Assembly: GCA_964016885.1 (NCBI GenBank)
Contig: CAXHJY010000767.1
Span: 1-64,000, forward strand
DNA length: 64,000 bases
Direction of reading: 5' to 3'
DNA from: Eledone cirrhosa
Lineage: Eukaryota
Shown here: positions 50,191 to 64,000 of the stretch, piece after piece
Numbering within the stretch: position 1 is the stretch's first letter
Layout: each line of letters opens with the position of its first letter
Made by a program: the position numbers and the translations under genes
The notes under the pieces: generated by a model
Databases searched by the model: none
Told to the model about the DNA's origin: nothing
Seen by the model: the letters and a program-made list of their open reading frames with translations, nothing else

Positions 50191-50736
50191 TGTCCATTTT
50201 TCCTGCTAGTAAGGGTTAGGCATATCCCAAAACCAGGGAAGTTGTCATGTTTGGCACAGCTAAACAGTCTTCCCAGCCATTTGACAGGTTTTCTTCTTTA
50301 TCTGTTTAACACAGTCCTGTATGTGTTTAATAGAGCACATCTGTATGTGTTTAATACAGTACATCTGTATGTGTTTAATAGAGCACCTGTTTGTGTGTTT
50401 AATAGCTCTATATATGTAGAGAGCTGGATGCCATGACAGTGTTGTGTTTCCTCCATATTGTCAGAAGATAGAGGAGGACATTAGCTGTTGTAGTAGAGTT
50501 CAACAAAATATCATTATTTAAATAATGGCATCACAAGAGTGGGGGGTGGGGGGAGGGGGGGGGGGTGATGGTTCCATTTCTGTACAGAGATGATTGTTGT
50601 TATTGTCTGGAGTGAACAAATATATCTATCTATTATATATATATGGAGAGAGAGAGAGGGGAGAGGAGAGAGAGAGAGGAGAGAGAGGAGAGAGAGAGAG
50701 GAGAGAGAGGAGAGAGAGGAGAGAGAGGAGAGAGAG

Positions 50737-50791
<55 letters not shown>

Positions 50792-50919
50792 GAGAGAGAG
50801 GAGAGAGAGAGAGGAGAGAGAGAGAGGAGAGAGAGAGAGGAGAGAGAGAGAGGAGAGAGAGAGAGGAGAGAGAGAGAGGAGAGAGAGAGAGGAGAGAGAG
50901 GAGAGGAGAGAGAGGAGAG

Positions 50920-50963
<44 letters not shown>

Positions 50964-51695
50964 GAGAGAGAGAGAGGAGAGAGAGAGAGGAGAGAGAGAG
51001 AGGAGAGAAGGTGTTGGTATCTCATGGAAGAATCTAACATTGGCAGGAATCAGTAGAGCGTCAGACACCATGCTTTGCAGCATAGAGTTACGGCCCTTTC
51101 CATTCTGAGTTCAAATCCCGCCGAGGTTAACTTTGCCTTTCATCCTTACGGGGTCGATAAAATAAAGTACCAGTAATGTACTGGGGTAATTGCTGGCCTT
51201 GTGCCTAAAGTAGAAACAGTTATTGCAACACACACATCTCTCCCTCTCAGCCTCCCCCTCTTTCTTTCTCTCTTTCTCTCTCAACCTCTCTCTTTTGGCC
51301 TCTCCATTTTCCCTCATTTCTGGCAATCTCTCCCTCTCCCACTCACCCCCTCTCTCCTACTTACTCACCCCCCCCCCTCTCTTACTCACACCTTCTTCTC
51401 ACTTTCCCCCTTTCTCTCCTGGGTATTTATCATTAAATTTATATTATTTTCCCCCCTTTTCTGTGTTAATTTGAAAGCAATTGACCTATAGGAGATCTGC
51501 TGGGAGAGTGGGCGGGGAGGGTTTATGTAATATGTGTATATGTGCATGTCTACATATGTCTGTGTGTGTGTATGTATATATATAATATATATGTGTGTGT
51601 GTGTATTTATATATGTGTGTGTATTTATATATGTGTGTGTGTGTGTATTTATATGTGTGTGTGTATTTATATATATATGTATATATGTGTGTGTG

Positions 51696-51739
<44 letters not shown>

Positions 51740-52710
51740 TATTTATATATATATGTGTATGCGTATATATGTGTGTGTGTATCTATATATATATATGTGT
51801 GTGTGTGTATTTATATATATATAATGTGTGTATATATATATATATGTGTGTGTGTGTGTATACTTATATATATGTGTATGATTTATGTATAATCCTGACT
51901 AAAAGACATTCAAATGTTAACTGTAAAAAAAGCACTCAATACACATAAGTAGGATATAGAATTTATTTTGTCAAGGAAAAGGTGGCTTTAAACTCTTATT
52001 TGTGATTCACTTACATATATATATCATATATATATATATATATATATATATTTTATTTATATATATATATATTTATTTATATATATTTATTTATATATGC
52101 ATATATATATTTATATATGCATATATATATATTTATATATGCATATATATATATTTATATATGCATATATATATATTTATATATGCATATATATATTTAT
52201 ATATGCATATATATATATTTATATATGCATATATATATATTTATATATGCATATATATATATTTATATATGCATATATATATATTTATATATGCATATAT
52301 ATATTTATATATGCATATATATATTTATATATGCATATATATATTTATATATACATATATATATTTATATATACATATATATATTTATATATACATATAT
52401 ATATTTATATATACATATATATATTTATATATGCATATATATATTTATATATGCATATATATATTTATATATATATAAATATATATATATATTCATACAT
52501 ATATATATATACATATATATATTTATATATACATACATACATATATATATTTATATATACATACATATATTTATTTATATATACATACATATATTTATTT
52601 ATATATACATACATATATATATCATCATCGTTTAACGTCTATCTTCGACGCAGGCATGGGTTTAGATTGATATATATATATACATACATGTGTATATATG
52701 GAGGCACATG

Positions 52711-53350
52711 GCTGTGACTGCAGAAGACATGTGGTGTTACATGGTAGTGAAACATAGGCTGTGACTGCAGAAGACGTGGTGCTACATGGTAGTGGAACAT
52801 GGGCTGTGACTGCAGAAGACATGTGGTGCTACATGGTAGTGGAACATGAGCTGTGACTGCAGAAGACATGTGGTGCTACATGGTAGTGGAACATGAGCTG
52901 TGACTGCAGAAGACATGTGGTGCTACATGGTAGTGGAACATGGGCTGTGACTGCAGAAGACGTGGTGCTACATGGTAGTGGAACATGAGCTGTGACTGCA
53001 GAAGACATGTGGTGCTACATGGTAGTGGAACATGAGCTGTGACTGCAGAAGACATGTGGTGCTACATGGTAGTGGAACATGAGCTGTGACTGCAGAAGAC
53101 ATGTGGTGCTACATGGTAGTGGAACATGAGCTGTGACTGCAGAAGACATGTGGTGCTACATGGTAGTGGAACATGGGCTGTGACTGCAGAAGACATGTGG
53201 TGCTACATGGTAGTGGAACATGAGCTGTGACTGCAGAAGACATGTGGTGCTACATGATAGTGGAACATGAGCTGTGACTGCAGAAGACATGTGGTGCTAC
53301 ATGGTAGTGGAACATGAGCTGTGACTGCAGAAGACATGTGGTGCTACATG
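52711..53350. repeat. 47-bp minisatellite, ~13 copies
   Basis: gctgtgactgcagaagacatgtggtgctacatggtagtggaacatga. Confidence 0.95.
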
Positions 53351-54333
53351 TAGAAGTAGACAGAGGAAGACCTGGGTAGAGGTGGTGAGAGGAAGTTAAA
53401 GAATGTAAGGAGAGAGGGAGGGAGGTGCAAGATGGTGGTGATGGTAGTGGTGGTGGTGGTGGTGGTAGTGGTGGTAGTGGTGATGGTGGTGGTGGTGGTG
53501 GTGGTGATGGTGGTGGTGGTGGTAGTGGTAGTGGTGGTAGTGGTGGTGGTGGTGGTGGTGGTGGTAGTGGTGGTGATGGTTGTAGTAGAGGTGGTGGTGG
53601 TGGCAGAGGTTTTGGTGGTTGCAGTAGTAGTAGCAGCAGCAGTAGTGATTGAGATAGGGGGGGGGGGGGAGATAATGATACTATTATATTGGAATATCAG
53701 AAAATGTCAGAACTGAGATTTGGATTTTTTAGACAGAAGGGAGATGGTGGAGAGATTGGTTCTTTGAAAGCATCTGTATATATGTATATATATCTGTGTG
53801 TGTGTATGTGTCAACTGAATGTGTGTGTGTCAAATGAATATGTGTGTATATATGTGTGTGTGTGTGAGTGCATGTGTGTATGTGTATATATATGTGTGTG
53901 TGAGTGCATGTGTGTATGTGAATGTGTGTATGTGTGAGTGCATGTGTGTATGTGAATGTATGTGTATTTTAATAATCATATTATTATTATCATAGAAAGA
54001 TAAATAAATGAAGTTAAATCAAAAAAATAAAAGAAATTATTATCATTATTATTATTGGCAGTATTGGACAACATGCTTTATAGCATAGAGTTACAGCCCT
54101 TTACGTTCTGAGCTCAAATCCTGCCTTGCCTTTCATCTTTACAGAATCAATAAAATAAAGTACCAGTAATGGACTGGGGTCAATTTAATCGACTTTCCTC
54201 TCCCCTAAAATTGCTGGCCTTGTGCCTAAAGTAGAAACTATTATTATTATTATTATTATTGAGCACAGAGGTCTGGTGACCAAAGATGTGGGTTCAACCC
54301 CCATGTACGTCATTACTCATCTTTTTCCCCTCC

Positions 54334-54560
54334 TATCAGGGGTCTAAACCCCACTATCAGGGGTCTAAGCCCCACTATCAGGGGTCTAAACCCCACTATC
54401 AGGGGTCTAAGCCCCACTATCAGGGGTCTAAGCCCCACTATCAGGGGTCTAAACCCCACTATCAGGGGTCTAAGCCCCACTATCAGGGGTCTAAGCCCCA
54501 CTATCAGGGGTCTAAGCCCCACTATCAGGGGTCTAAACCCCACTATCAGGGGTCTAAGCT
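54334..54560. repeat. 21-bp minisatellite, ~11 copies
   Basis: tatcaggggtctaa[a/g]ccccac. Confidence 0.95.
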
Positions 54561-55127
54561 CTTTCAAAACATACTTGATATATACATAATTAATAATAAT
54601 TTCTACTTTTTGGCACAAGGCCAGCAATTATCCCAGTGCATTACTGGTACTTTATTTTATCAACCCTGTAAGGATGAAAGGCAAAGTCTACCTCGGCGGG
54701 ATTTGAACACACACCAGACAGGGCCATAACTCTATGCTGCAAAGCACGGCGTCCAACCTTCTACCGATACTGCCAATCCACCACCCTATATACATAATTA
54801 ATAATTGTTTCTACTTGAGGCACAAGGCCAAATAAGTATGGATGAGGTGTCAAATTATCGTTAAGTTTATTCAAGTGTGACACGCATTTCGTGATTGATC
54901 AGCTCAAGTTTCGATCTCTATCGATCAGGCCCCTTGCTGACTTAAGTCAGGTCTGTTATATCAACTTAAGCTGATCATCTGTAAAACACGGGGTTGACAT
55001 TAAGAAGGCCATCTTGTCATAGAAACGATGATGAATGAGACTCAGTCATCTGACCTGTCTAGCCATGGAATGTGACAAGCTGGCTAACCCAAGTAGAGAA
55101 AACAGATGTGAATACATACATACATAT

Positions 55128-55178
<51 letters not shown>

Positions 55179-55638
55179 CATTAATGTCAAGCCCGTGTTA
55201 GGAAGGGCATCCAGCCGTAGAAAACGCGCCAGACAGTCCTATGCGAGCAAGACAACCACTCTTGCCTCAAGTGGGAAAACTCCCGTCCAAACCCATGCAA
55301 GCGTGGAACACGGACGTTAAACGTTGATGATGATGATGATGATATATATATATATATATATGCTAAAGGGTGTGGATATTTCGGCTTTCTTTTGTAGGAC
55401 AAGGGTAATTATAAATAGCAGGGTGTATATGTTTGTAGGAAATGTCTTATAGCATTATATTATGTCGTGGAAGATGGACGTTAAACGATGATGATGATGA
55501 TATACATATATATATATATATATAATATATATATATATAGTGGTGGAACACTGGAAGGTAATATCCGTAGTGGTAGAGCACTCAGTCCATGGGGCGAGTT
55601 AGGTAGAAGTGGTTACACAACAGTTAGTTCACCATACC

Positions 55639-55674
55639 GAGAACAATTGTTTCACCTTAGCGGATCTTCAGCTC
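55639..55674 (-). ncRNA. Minimal type I hammerhead-like motif
   Basis: gag CTGAAGA tcc-gctaa-ggt GAAA caattg TT ctc. A homologue lacking stem II lies at 33655-33687(+). Confidence 0.5.
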
Positions 55675-56168
55675 TGTCTAATATATATATATATAGTTTC
55701 CTTGGATGTAATGGGAATATTCTTCATAGAAGATACACACGTCTTCATCACACACACACACACATATGTATACACAGATACACATATGCCTTCATCACAC
55801 ACACACACACACATAAATACACAGATACACATAAGCATTCATCACACATACACATATATATACACAGATACACACATGCATTCATCACACACACAGACAC
55901 ACACATAAATACAGATACACATAAGCATTCATCACACACACACATATATATACAGATACACACATGCCTTCATCACACACATATATATACACAGATACAC
56001 ACATATATATACAGATACACATGCCTTCATCATACACAACACATACACATATATATACACAGATACACACATGCCTTCATCACACACACACATATATACA
56101 CAGATACACACATGCCTTCATCACACACACACACACACACATATATACAGATACACACATGCCTTCAT

Positions 56169-56202
<34 letters not shown>

Positions 56203-56849
56203 CACAGATACACATGCCTTCATCACACACACACACATATATATACACAGATACACACATGCCTTCATCACACACACACATACATATATATATATACACA
56301 GATACACACATGCCTTCATCACACACACACATATATACACAGATACACACATGCCTTCATCACACACACACATACACACACATACAGTGCAGCTGTGATG
56401 GAATTCTTGACATTTATCAAGTGAATGCTACAATGGACATTGAGGAGATCTGAGGAATTTTTGTGTTGTTTTTTATTGTTGTTATTGTTGTTGTTGTTGT
56501 TGTTGGCTTTTTGTTCCATCTCTAATAGTGCATTGTTATCAGTCTTGGAGTGTTTCTATTATTTTTGCTCATTAGGGGTGGATTGGAGAGTCGGTAGAGC
56601 ATCAGACAAAATGGTTTGTGGCCTTTAGTTACAGTCCTTTACGATTTATGCTCAAATCCTACAGAGGCAGAATTGGTTGGTGGAGCATCAGACAAAATAC
56701 TTTGTGGCTTTTGTTCTCAGATTTTAAGTTCTGAGTTCAAATCTCGTCGAAGTCAACTTCGCTGTTCAACCATACGAGGTCGATAAAATAAAGTACCAGT
56801 GAAATACTGGGGTTGATTTATTTAACTTTCCCCTCCACCAACTCCCTCG

Positions 56850-57270
56850 CCTTGTGTCTAAATTGGAAACCTTAATTGAGGGCAGTGGGTAGGCAGAATT
56901 GGTAGAGCGTCAGACAAAACCTTGTGTCTAAATTAGAAACCTTAATTGAGGGCGGTGGTTAGGCAGGATTGGTAGAGCGTCAGACAAAACCTTGTGTCTA
57001 AATTAGAAACCTTAATTGAGGGCGGTGGTAGGCAGAATTGGTAGAGCATCAGACAAAACCTTGTGTCTAAATTAGAAACCTTAATTTAGGGCGGTGGTAG
57101 GCAGAATTGGTAGAGCGTCAGACAAAACCTTGTGTCTAAATTAGAAACCTTAATTTAGGGCGGTGGTAGGCAGAATTGGTAGAGCGTCAGACAAAACCTT
57201 GTGTCTAAATTAGAAACCTTAATTTAGGGCGGTGGTAGGTAGAATTGGTAGAGCGTCAGACAAAATAATT
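56850..57270 (+). repeat. 69-70-bp tandem array made of a SINE tail + SINE head junction, ~6 copies
   Basis: cttgtgtctaaattagaaacc ttaattta gggcggtggtaggcagaattggtagagcgtcagacaaaac. Confidence 0.85.
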
Positions 57271-59367
57271 TGTGCTATATAGGTTCGACCTTTTTACATT
57301 CCGAGTTCAAATCCGGTCAAAATCACCTTTCCTTCTTCTAGGGTTGATAAAAGGGAGGGGGTGAGTGCCCTTACACCCACTCCCATCCTCCCCTCCATCA
57401 CATTTGATGACAGGGGTCACCCCAGTTATGAATCTCTTGTTTTTAGGGCTATTTGGTTGCTATTTTCAGCTGAGCTATCAACCATGTGGAGGTTCTTGCA
57501 AGTGGTGCTGTTGGCAGAAATGATATTAGTAGTAGTAGTAGTGGTGGTGGTAGTACTACTAATATCATTAGTAGTAGTAGTAGTAATAGTAGTGGTTGTA
57601 GTGTCAGCTGTTGATAGTGTGGTGGTGGTAATAGTAGTGGTGGTAGTGGTAGTGGTGGTAGTAGTAGTGGTAGTAGTAGTGGTGGTAGTAGTAGTGGTAG
57701 TAGTGGTGGTGGTAGTAGTTAGTAGTAGTAGTGGTGGTAGTAGTAGTTAGTGGTAGTAGTGGTAGTAGTGGTAGTAGTAGTAGTAGTAGTAATAGTAGTG
57801 GTTGTAGTGTCAGCTGTTGATAGTGTGGTGGTGGTAATAGTAGTGGTGGTAGTGGTAGTGGTAGTAGTGGTAGTAGTAGTAGTAGTAGTGGTGGTAGTAG
57901 TAGTTAGTAGTAGTAGTGGTGGTGGTAGTAGTGGTAGTGGTAGTAGTGGTAGTGGTAGTAGTAGTAGTAGTAGTGGTAGTGGTAGTAGTAGTAGTTAGTA
58001 GTAGTAGTGGTGGTGGTAGTAGTGGTAGTAGTAGTGGTGGTAGTAGTGGCAGTAGTAGTAGCATTAGTAGTGGTGGTAGTAGTAGTGGTAGTAGTAGTAG
58101 TGGTAGTAGTAGTAGTAGTGGTAGTGGTAGTAGTAGTGGTAGTGGTAGTAGTAGTGGTAGTGGTAGTAGTGGTAGTAGTGGTAGTGGTAGTGGTAGTAGT
58201 AGTGGTAGTAGTAGTGGTAGTAGTGGTAGTAGTGGTAGTAGTGGTAGTAGTGGTAGTAGTGGTAGTGGTAGTAGTAGTGGTAGTGGTAGTAGTAGTGGTA
58301 GTAGTGGTAGTGGTAGTAGTAGTGGTAGTGGTGGTAGTAGTGGTGGTGGTAGTAGTGGCAGTAGTAGTGGTAGTAGTAGTAGTGGTAGTAGTAGTGGTGG
58401 TAGTAGTGGCAGTAGTAGTAGCATTAGTAGTGGTGGTAGTAGTAGTGGTAGTAGTAGTAGTGGTAGTGGTAGTAGTAGTAGTGGTAGTAGTAGTGGTAGT
58501 GGTAGTGGTAGTAGTGGTGGCAGTAGTAGTAGTAGTAGTAGTGGTAGTGGTAGTAGTAGTAGTGGTAGTAGTAGTAGTGGTGGTGGTCATCACTTGTTTA
58601 TAAAGCAACTGTAAGGTGACAGTCGTGACAAATGACACTTCAGTACAAATATCACTGATTGGTCAAATTTTGTTGTCATTAGCAACAAAGTTAAGCAGGA
58701 TACTAAAATTGTCACCATTCTTATTGGTTACATTAATTCAGTATATGTGTATGTGTATGTATGTGTGTATGTGTATGTATGTATATGTGAGAGTATGTAT
58801 ATGTGAGTGCGTGTGTGTGTATGTGTACATGTAACGTGGCTCAGTAGTTAGGGTATGTGAGTTCGATTCCTGGTGATACATTGTGACATGTGCTTTATTG
58901 TATTGAACCTGTAAAGATGAAAGGCAAAGCTAACCCAGGCGGCATTTGAACTCACAATGTAAAGAACCAGAACTCTACGCCACAAAGCATGTCCAGTGCT
59001 CTACCAATTCTGCCAATCCACTGCCAAAGAAACAGGAATTTCTATATTTGTTAAATAAATTCAAGATTTATCAAATATTTTTTACCAGTTTCAATTGGTT
59101 TTGACAATCTTATCAAATAATAATGATATTTAAAAAATTATTCTCATATCTTGCAAGCCATCATCATCTATCTTCCACGCTAGCATGGGTTAGACCGGTC
59201 TCGCTCATATAGGACTGTTTCTGGTTGGTTTTCTACAGTTGCATGCCCTTCGTAATGCCAACCATATTTACAGTGTGGGCTGGGTGCTTTTTGTCGTGAC
59301 ACCTAGATGACCACTTTACAGTGAGGACCGGGCACTCTTTGCTGTGTTACCATCATGACCACTGAAA

Positions 59368-59595
59368 ATTATTGTGTACAGTGCTCAGGTGCACTACAAC
59401 TCATCAAAGGTGCATGTATAGTACATAGAATAATGTACAAATGTGAGGAAAGTGAACAGTGTATGAGTCATGATACACACAGATACACACATGCGTGTTT
59501 GTGTGTATGGAGGGGGAGTATCAGGTGTAGTGTTGGTACAGGAAACATGGGAGTTTTCAAGGATGCAGTGTCCTGACAGCTAACAACCAATACAT
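59368..59595 (-). mobile_element. CR1-like LINE 3' end
   Basis: VVSCQDTASLK peptide, then a tail ending gcacctgagcactgtacacaataatt. The same tail occurs at ~7685-7777(+). Confidence 0.55.
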
Positions 59596-61283
59596 TGTAT
59601 CAAAGTTTCTTGTGAGATGTAGTTTATGTAGTTGGAATGGCGAGGGTGGAAGTAGGGTCAAAAGGTCAGGATTTAATTGATTGGGCATCTACTATAAGTG
59701 AAGGCGCATGGCTTAGTGGTTAGAGCATTGGGCTTGCAATCGAAAGGTTGTGAGTTCAATTCTCAGACCGGGTGATGTGTTGTTTCCTTGAGCAAGACAC
59801 TTTATTTCACGTTGCTCCAGTTTACTCAGCTGTAGAAATGAGATGATAGGGACTGGGGTCGCTATCATTAAATCACCCAAGACACCTCCAACGAGATATA
59901 CCTTGGAGGAGGCCAGCTAAACCTGGACAGGTGTGAGCTGTAACAACAACAACAACAAACAACTACTATAGCCACTGGTTGACCAATGCCTTGGTTAACA
60001 GAAATAGTGCAGAAGCCTATTGTATATGGATTGATGTGTGGGTGTGTGTGTTTACATTTACTGTTCGTTTATGTCCCATGATTTAGCAGTTCTAAAGGAA
60101 GAGATTGATTAAATAAGAACCAGAATTTGATAAAGAAAATACTGCTGTTGATATGAGTGACTTATATCTCTTCACAATGGTGCCCCAGCATGGTCGCAGA
60201 CTAATTACTGAAACTATGAAAATAACACACAACCAAACACCCATACATGCAAACATAAACACACACACACACATATATATATATAAACTAATCCATAACC
60301 ACATACACACATATATATATATATATAAACTAATCCATAAATACACACACACACTATATATATATATATATATATATCTGTATATATGTATAAATATATG
60401 TTCTCAGTATATATATATATAAACTAATCCATAAAAACACACACACACTATATATACATATATCTGTATATATGTATAAATATATGTTCTCAGTATATAT
60501 ATATATATAAACTAATCCATAAACATATAGCTAAAGAGTCAGTAATTTATTGCTGATCTATAATTTATCAAGATTGATATTGGAATCTCTTTGATAAATG
60601 TTCACCCTGTCAGTGGTCACAGGATTCCTGCAAACTTTCAAATCATACAAACCTATTTCCTATACATGTGATCAATATATATATATGTCTGTGTATGTAT
60701 ATATATATATATATATATATCATCATCATCATCATTTTATGTCCACTTTTCCCTGCTTGCAAGGGTGGGACGGGAACTGATTCTGGCTTGATTTCTACAG
60801 TTGGATGCCCTTCCTAACACCAACCTCATTTACAGTGAGTGCTGGGTGCTTTTTTGCCGTGGCACCTCCAAGACCACTTTGCATTGGAATGATAGGGACC
60901 CCAGCCCCTATCATCTCATTTCTACAGCTGAGTAAACTGGAGCAATGTGAAATAAACAACACATCACCCGGTCTGAGAATTGAACTCACAACCTTTCGAT
61001 TGCAAGGCCAATGCTCTAACCACTAAGCCATGTGCCTCCATATATTTATATGTATGTGTGTGTGTATATATGTGTCTGTGTCTGTATATGTGTGTATGTG
61101 TATATGTGTGTATACACACATATACACAGTATCAAGGGGAGAATCAATTGTATTTGTTGACCTATTCAATCCTTGCCAACAAGGAATTAGTTAAGAAATA
61201 AAAAGCAATATATATACATGTGTGTGTATATATATATATATATATTTATACATACACACACACACACATATATACACACACAC

Positions 61284-61341
<58 letters not shown>

Positions 61342-61488
61342 TCATCATCATCGTTAACGCCCATCTTCCATGCTAGCAAGGGTTAGTATTGGAAGATGGA
61401 CATTAAACGATGATGATGATGATATATATACATGTATATATATATATCATCATCATCATATGTCTGTGTGTGTCTATATATATATGTT

Positions 61489-61519
<31 letters not shown>

Positions 61520-62086
61520 ATGTATATATATGTTTATATATGTGTGTGTGTGTATGTATGTATATATATGTTTATATATGTGTGTGTGTGTGTGTGTATG
61601 TATATATATATATATATGTGTGTGTGTGTCTATATATATATATGTTTATATATGTGTGTGTGTGTGTGTATGTATATATATATATATATGTGTGTGTGTC
61701 TATATATATATATATGTTTATATGTGTGTGTGTGTATGTATATATGTATATATATGTGTGTGTGTGTGTCTATATATATATATGTTTATATATGTGTGTG
61801 TGTGTGTATATATATATATGTGTGTGTGTATGTATATATATATATATATATGTGTGTGTGTATGTATATATATATATATGTGTGTGTGTGTGTCTATATA
61901 TATATGTTTATGTGTGTGTGTGTGTGTATATATATATATGTGTGTGTGTATGTATATATATATGTGTGTGTGTATGTATATATATATATGTGTGTGTGTG
62001 TCTATATATATATGTTTATATATGTGTGTGTGTGTGTATGTATATATATGTGTGTGTGTATGTATATATATATGTGTGTGTGTATG

Positions 62087-62125
<39 letters not shown>

Positions 62126-62529
62126 CTATATATATATGTTTATATATGTGTGTGTGTATGTATATGTATATATATATATATATATGTGTGTGTATGTATA
62201 TATATGTGTGTGTGTGTATGTATATGTATATATATATATATATGTGTGTGTATGTATATATATAAAGGTGATGACAGAGGACTGAGATCTGTGGGTATTC
62301 TGTCACAACACAGCAATACAGAAGACCCCACTTCCCGTGGGCAGAGGCTGAAACTGAGGTATATATATTATGTCCCACCCCACCTCACACACTCCCGTAG
62401 ATCTCACAGGAGGACAAGCTGAAGTATTCATCTCGTGGAGCCTCCAACATACACTGTAAACTGGTTGTGATGGTGACAGGACAAAAAGTGCCCAGCCCAC
62501 ACATGTTCATATATACATACATACATATA

Positions 62530-62788
62530 TATATATATGTACATGTGTGCTTACATACATTTATACGTACATACATATGTAAATATATACATATATATAT
62601 ATATATATGTACATGTGTGCTTACATACATTTATACGTACATACATATGTAAATATATACATATATATATATATGTACATATGTGCTTACATACATTTAT
62701 ACGTACATACATATGTAAGTATATACATATATATATATATATATGTACATGTGTGCTTACATACATTTATACGTACATACATATGTAA

Positions 62789-62819
<31 letters not shown>

Positions 62820-62930
62820 CATGTGTGCTTACATACATTTATACGTACATACATATGTAAATATATACATATATATATATATATATGTACATGTGTGCTT
62901 ACATACATTTATACGTACATACATATGTAA

Positions 62931-62961
<31 letters not shown>

Positions 62962-63072
62962 CATGTGTGCTTACATACATTTATACGTACATACATATGT
63001 AAATATATACATATATATATATATATATGTACATGTGTGCTTACATACATTTATACGTACATACATATGTAA

Positions 63073-63103
<31 letters not shown>

Positions 63104-63300
63104 CATGTGTGCTTACATACATTTATACGTACATACATATGTAAGTATATACATATATATATATATATATGTACATGTGTGCTTACATACATTTATACGT
63201 ACATACATATGTAAATATATACATATATATATATATATATATATGTACATGTGTGCTTACATACATTTATACGTACATACATATGTAAATATATACATAT
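62530..63300. repeat. ~70-bp minisatellite with an embedded (TA)n, ~11 copies
   Basis: gtacatgtgtgcttacatacatttatacgtacatacatatgtaaatatatac(at)n. Confidence 0.92.
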
Positions 63301-63304
63301 ATAT

Positions 63305-63341
<37 letters not shown>

Positions 63342-63631
63342 TGGTGTTAGGAAGGGCATCCAGCTGTAGAAATCAAGCCAGAATCAGTTCCCATATGAGC
63401 AAGACAAGGTCAGTCGACTGGACAACCTGTCAAACCCATGCTAGCGTGGAAGAACAGACGTAAAACAGTGATGATGATGATATATATATACATGTATACA
63501 CACATTGAAACAAATACAGTAACTTAACCTATACATGGTATCATGAAAAGAAAATCTTTTTTGGGGAAATTATTAGATTTTTCCAAATTTAAAGGTTTCT
63601 TAGGAACCTTCAATGTTTATTTTAGGTTTTG

Positions 63632-63689
63632 CCGTCTGAAGAGCTCAGGCTGTCATAACTGATAGTCCTCAGTGAAATATGTATAAGGG
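63632..63689 (+). ncRNA. Minimal type I hammerhead ribozyme (candidate, one stem I mismatch)
   Basis: ccgt CTGAAGA gct...ctgtca-taac-tgatag...agt GAAA tatgta TA aggg; an NKRSE peptide lies on the minus strand at 63724-63738. Confidence 0.6.
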
Positions 63690-63753
63690 AGTTTTAAATA
63701 AACCTGAATCAACTGAATATGGCCTCCGATCTTTTATTAACAATAATATATAT

Positions 63754-63819
<66 letters not shown>

Positions 63820-63823
<4 letters not shown>

Positions 63824-64000
63824 AACAAGGTGTAGTAAGATACCAGGTGAACATATAACACACCAGAGTACTCGATACTTAGGGTAGTAGAGTGGGTAAT
63901 AGGAAAAGAGTCAGGACCCCGACAGCTGAGCTCCGACCATTTCAACAGCTAGATCTGAATGGTTTGGATCTAGCTGTCGAAATGGCTGGATCTCAGCCGT
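63820..64000 (+). mobile_element. Fold-back element copy 4 (cut by the window end)
   Basis: Shares the agtactc.atacttagggtagtagagtgggtaatagga leader; hairpin centred near 63960. Confidence 0.72.

Noticed and set aside
58590-58740. Unique island with two ATTGG (CCAAT-box) motifs as the PLC promoter
   Set aside because: Short motifs only; no donor or transcription start could be identified.

Overview
AT-rich, microsatellite-dense eukaryotic genomic DNA. The repeat repertoire suggests an octopod cephalopod (inference). The left half carries 13 coding exons of a phospholipase C-beta gene (PLCB4/norpA type) on the minus strand. They run from ATG 29934 through the PH domain, EF hands and catalytic X box and continue off the window after 362. 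All 13 exons have GT/AG ends and join in one open frame (1235 nt). A likely 5'-UTR exon lies at 30802-30868; I found no host coding exons in 31-64 kb. The rest is SINEs, RTE/CR1/Tx1-like LINE pieces, a TTAA-flanked piggyBac-type MITE family, minisatellites and microsatellites. One RTE copy has an intact RT with a PHD-type finger inside it. The most notable unannotated signal is about ten type I hammerhead-ribozyme motifs. They sit in short, often fold-back elements at (TA)n tracts and are associated with decayed Penelope-like (GIY-YIG) sequence. One of them (13654-13758) has a long, well-paired stem I inside a retrozyme-like ~293-bp unit. All structures were folded by eye; no searches were run.
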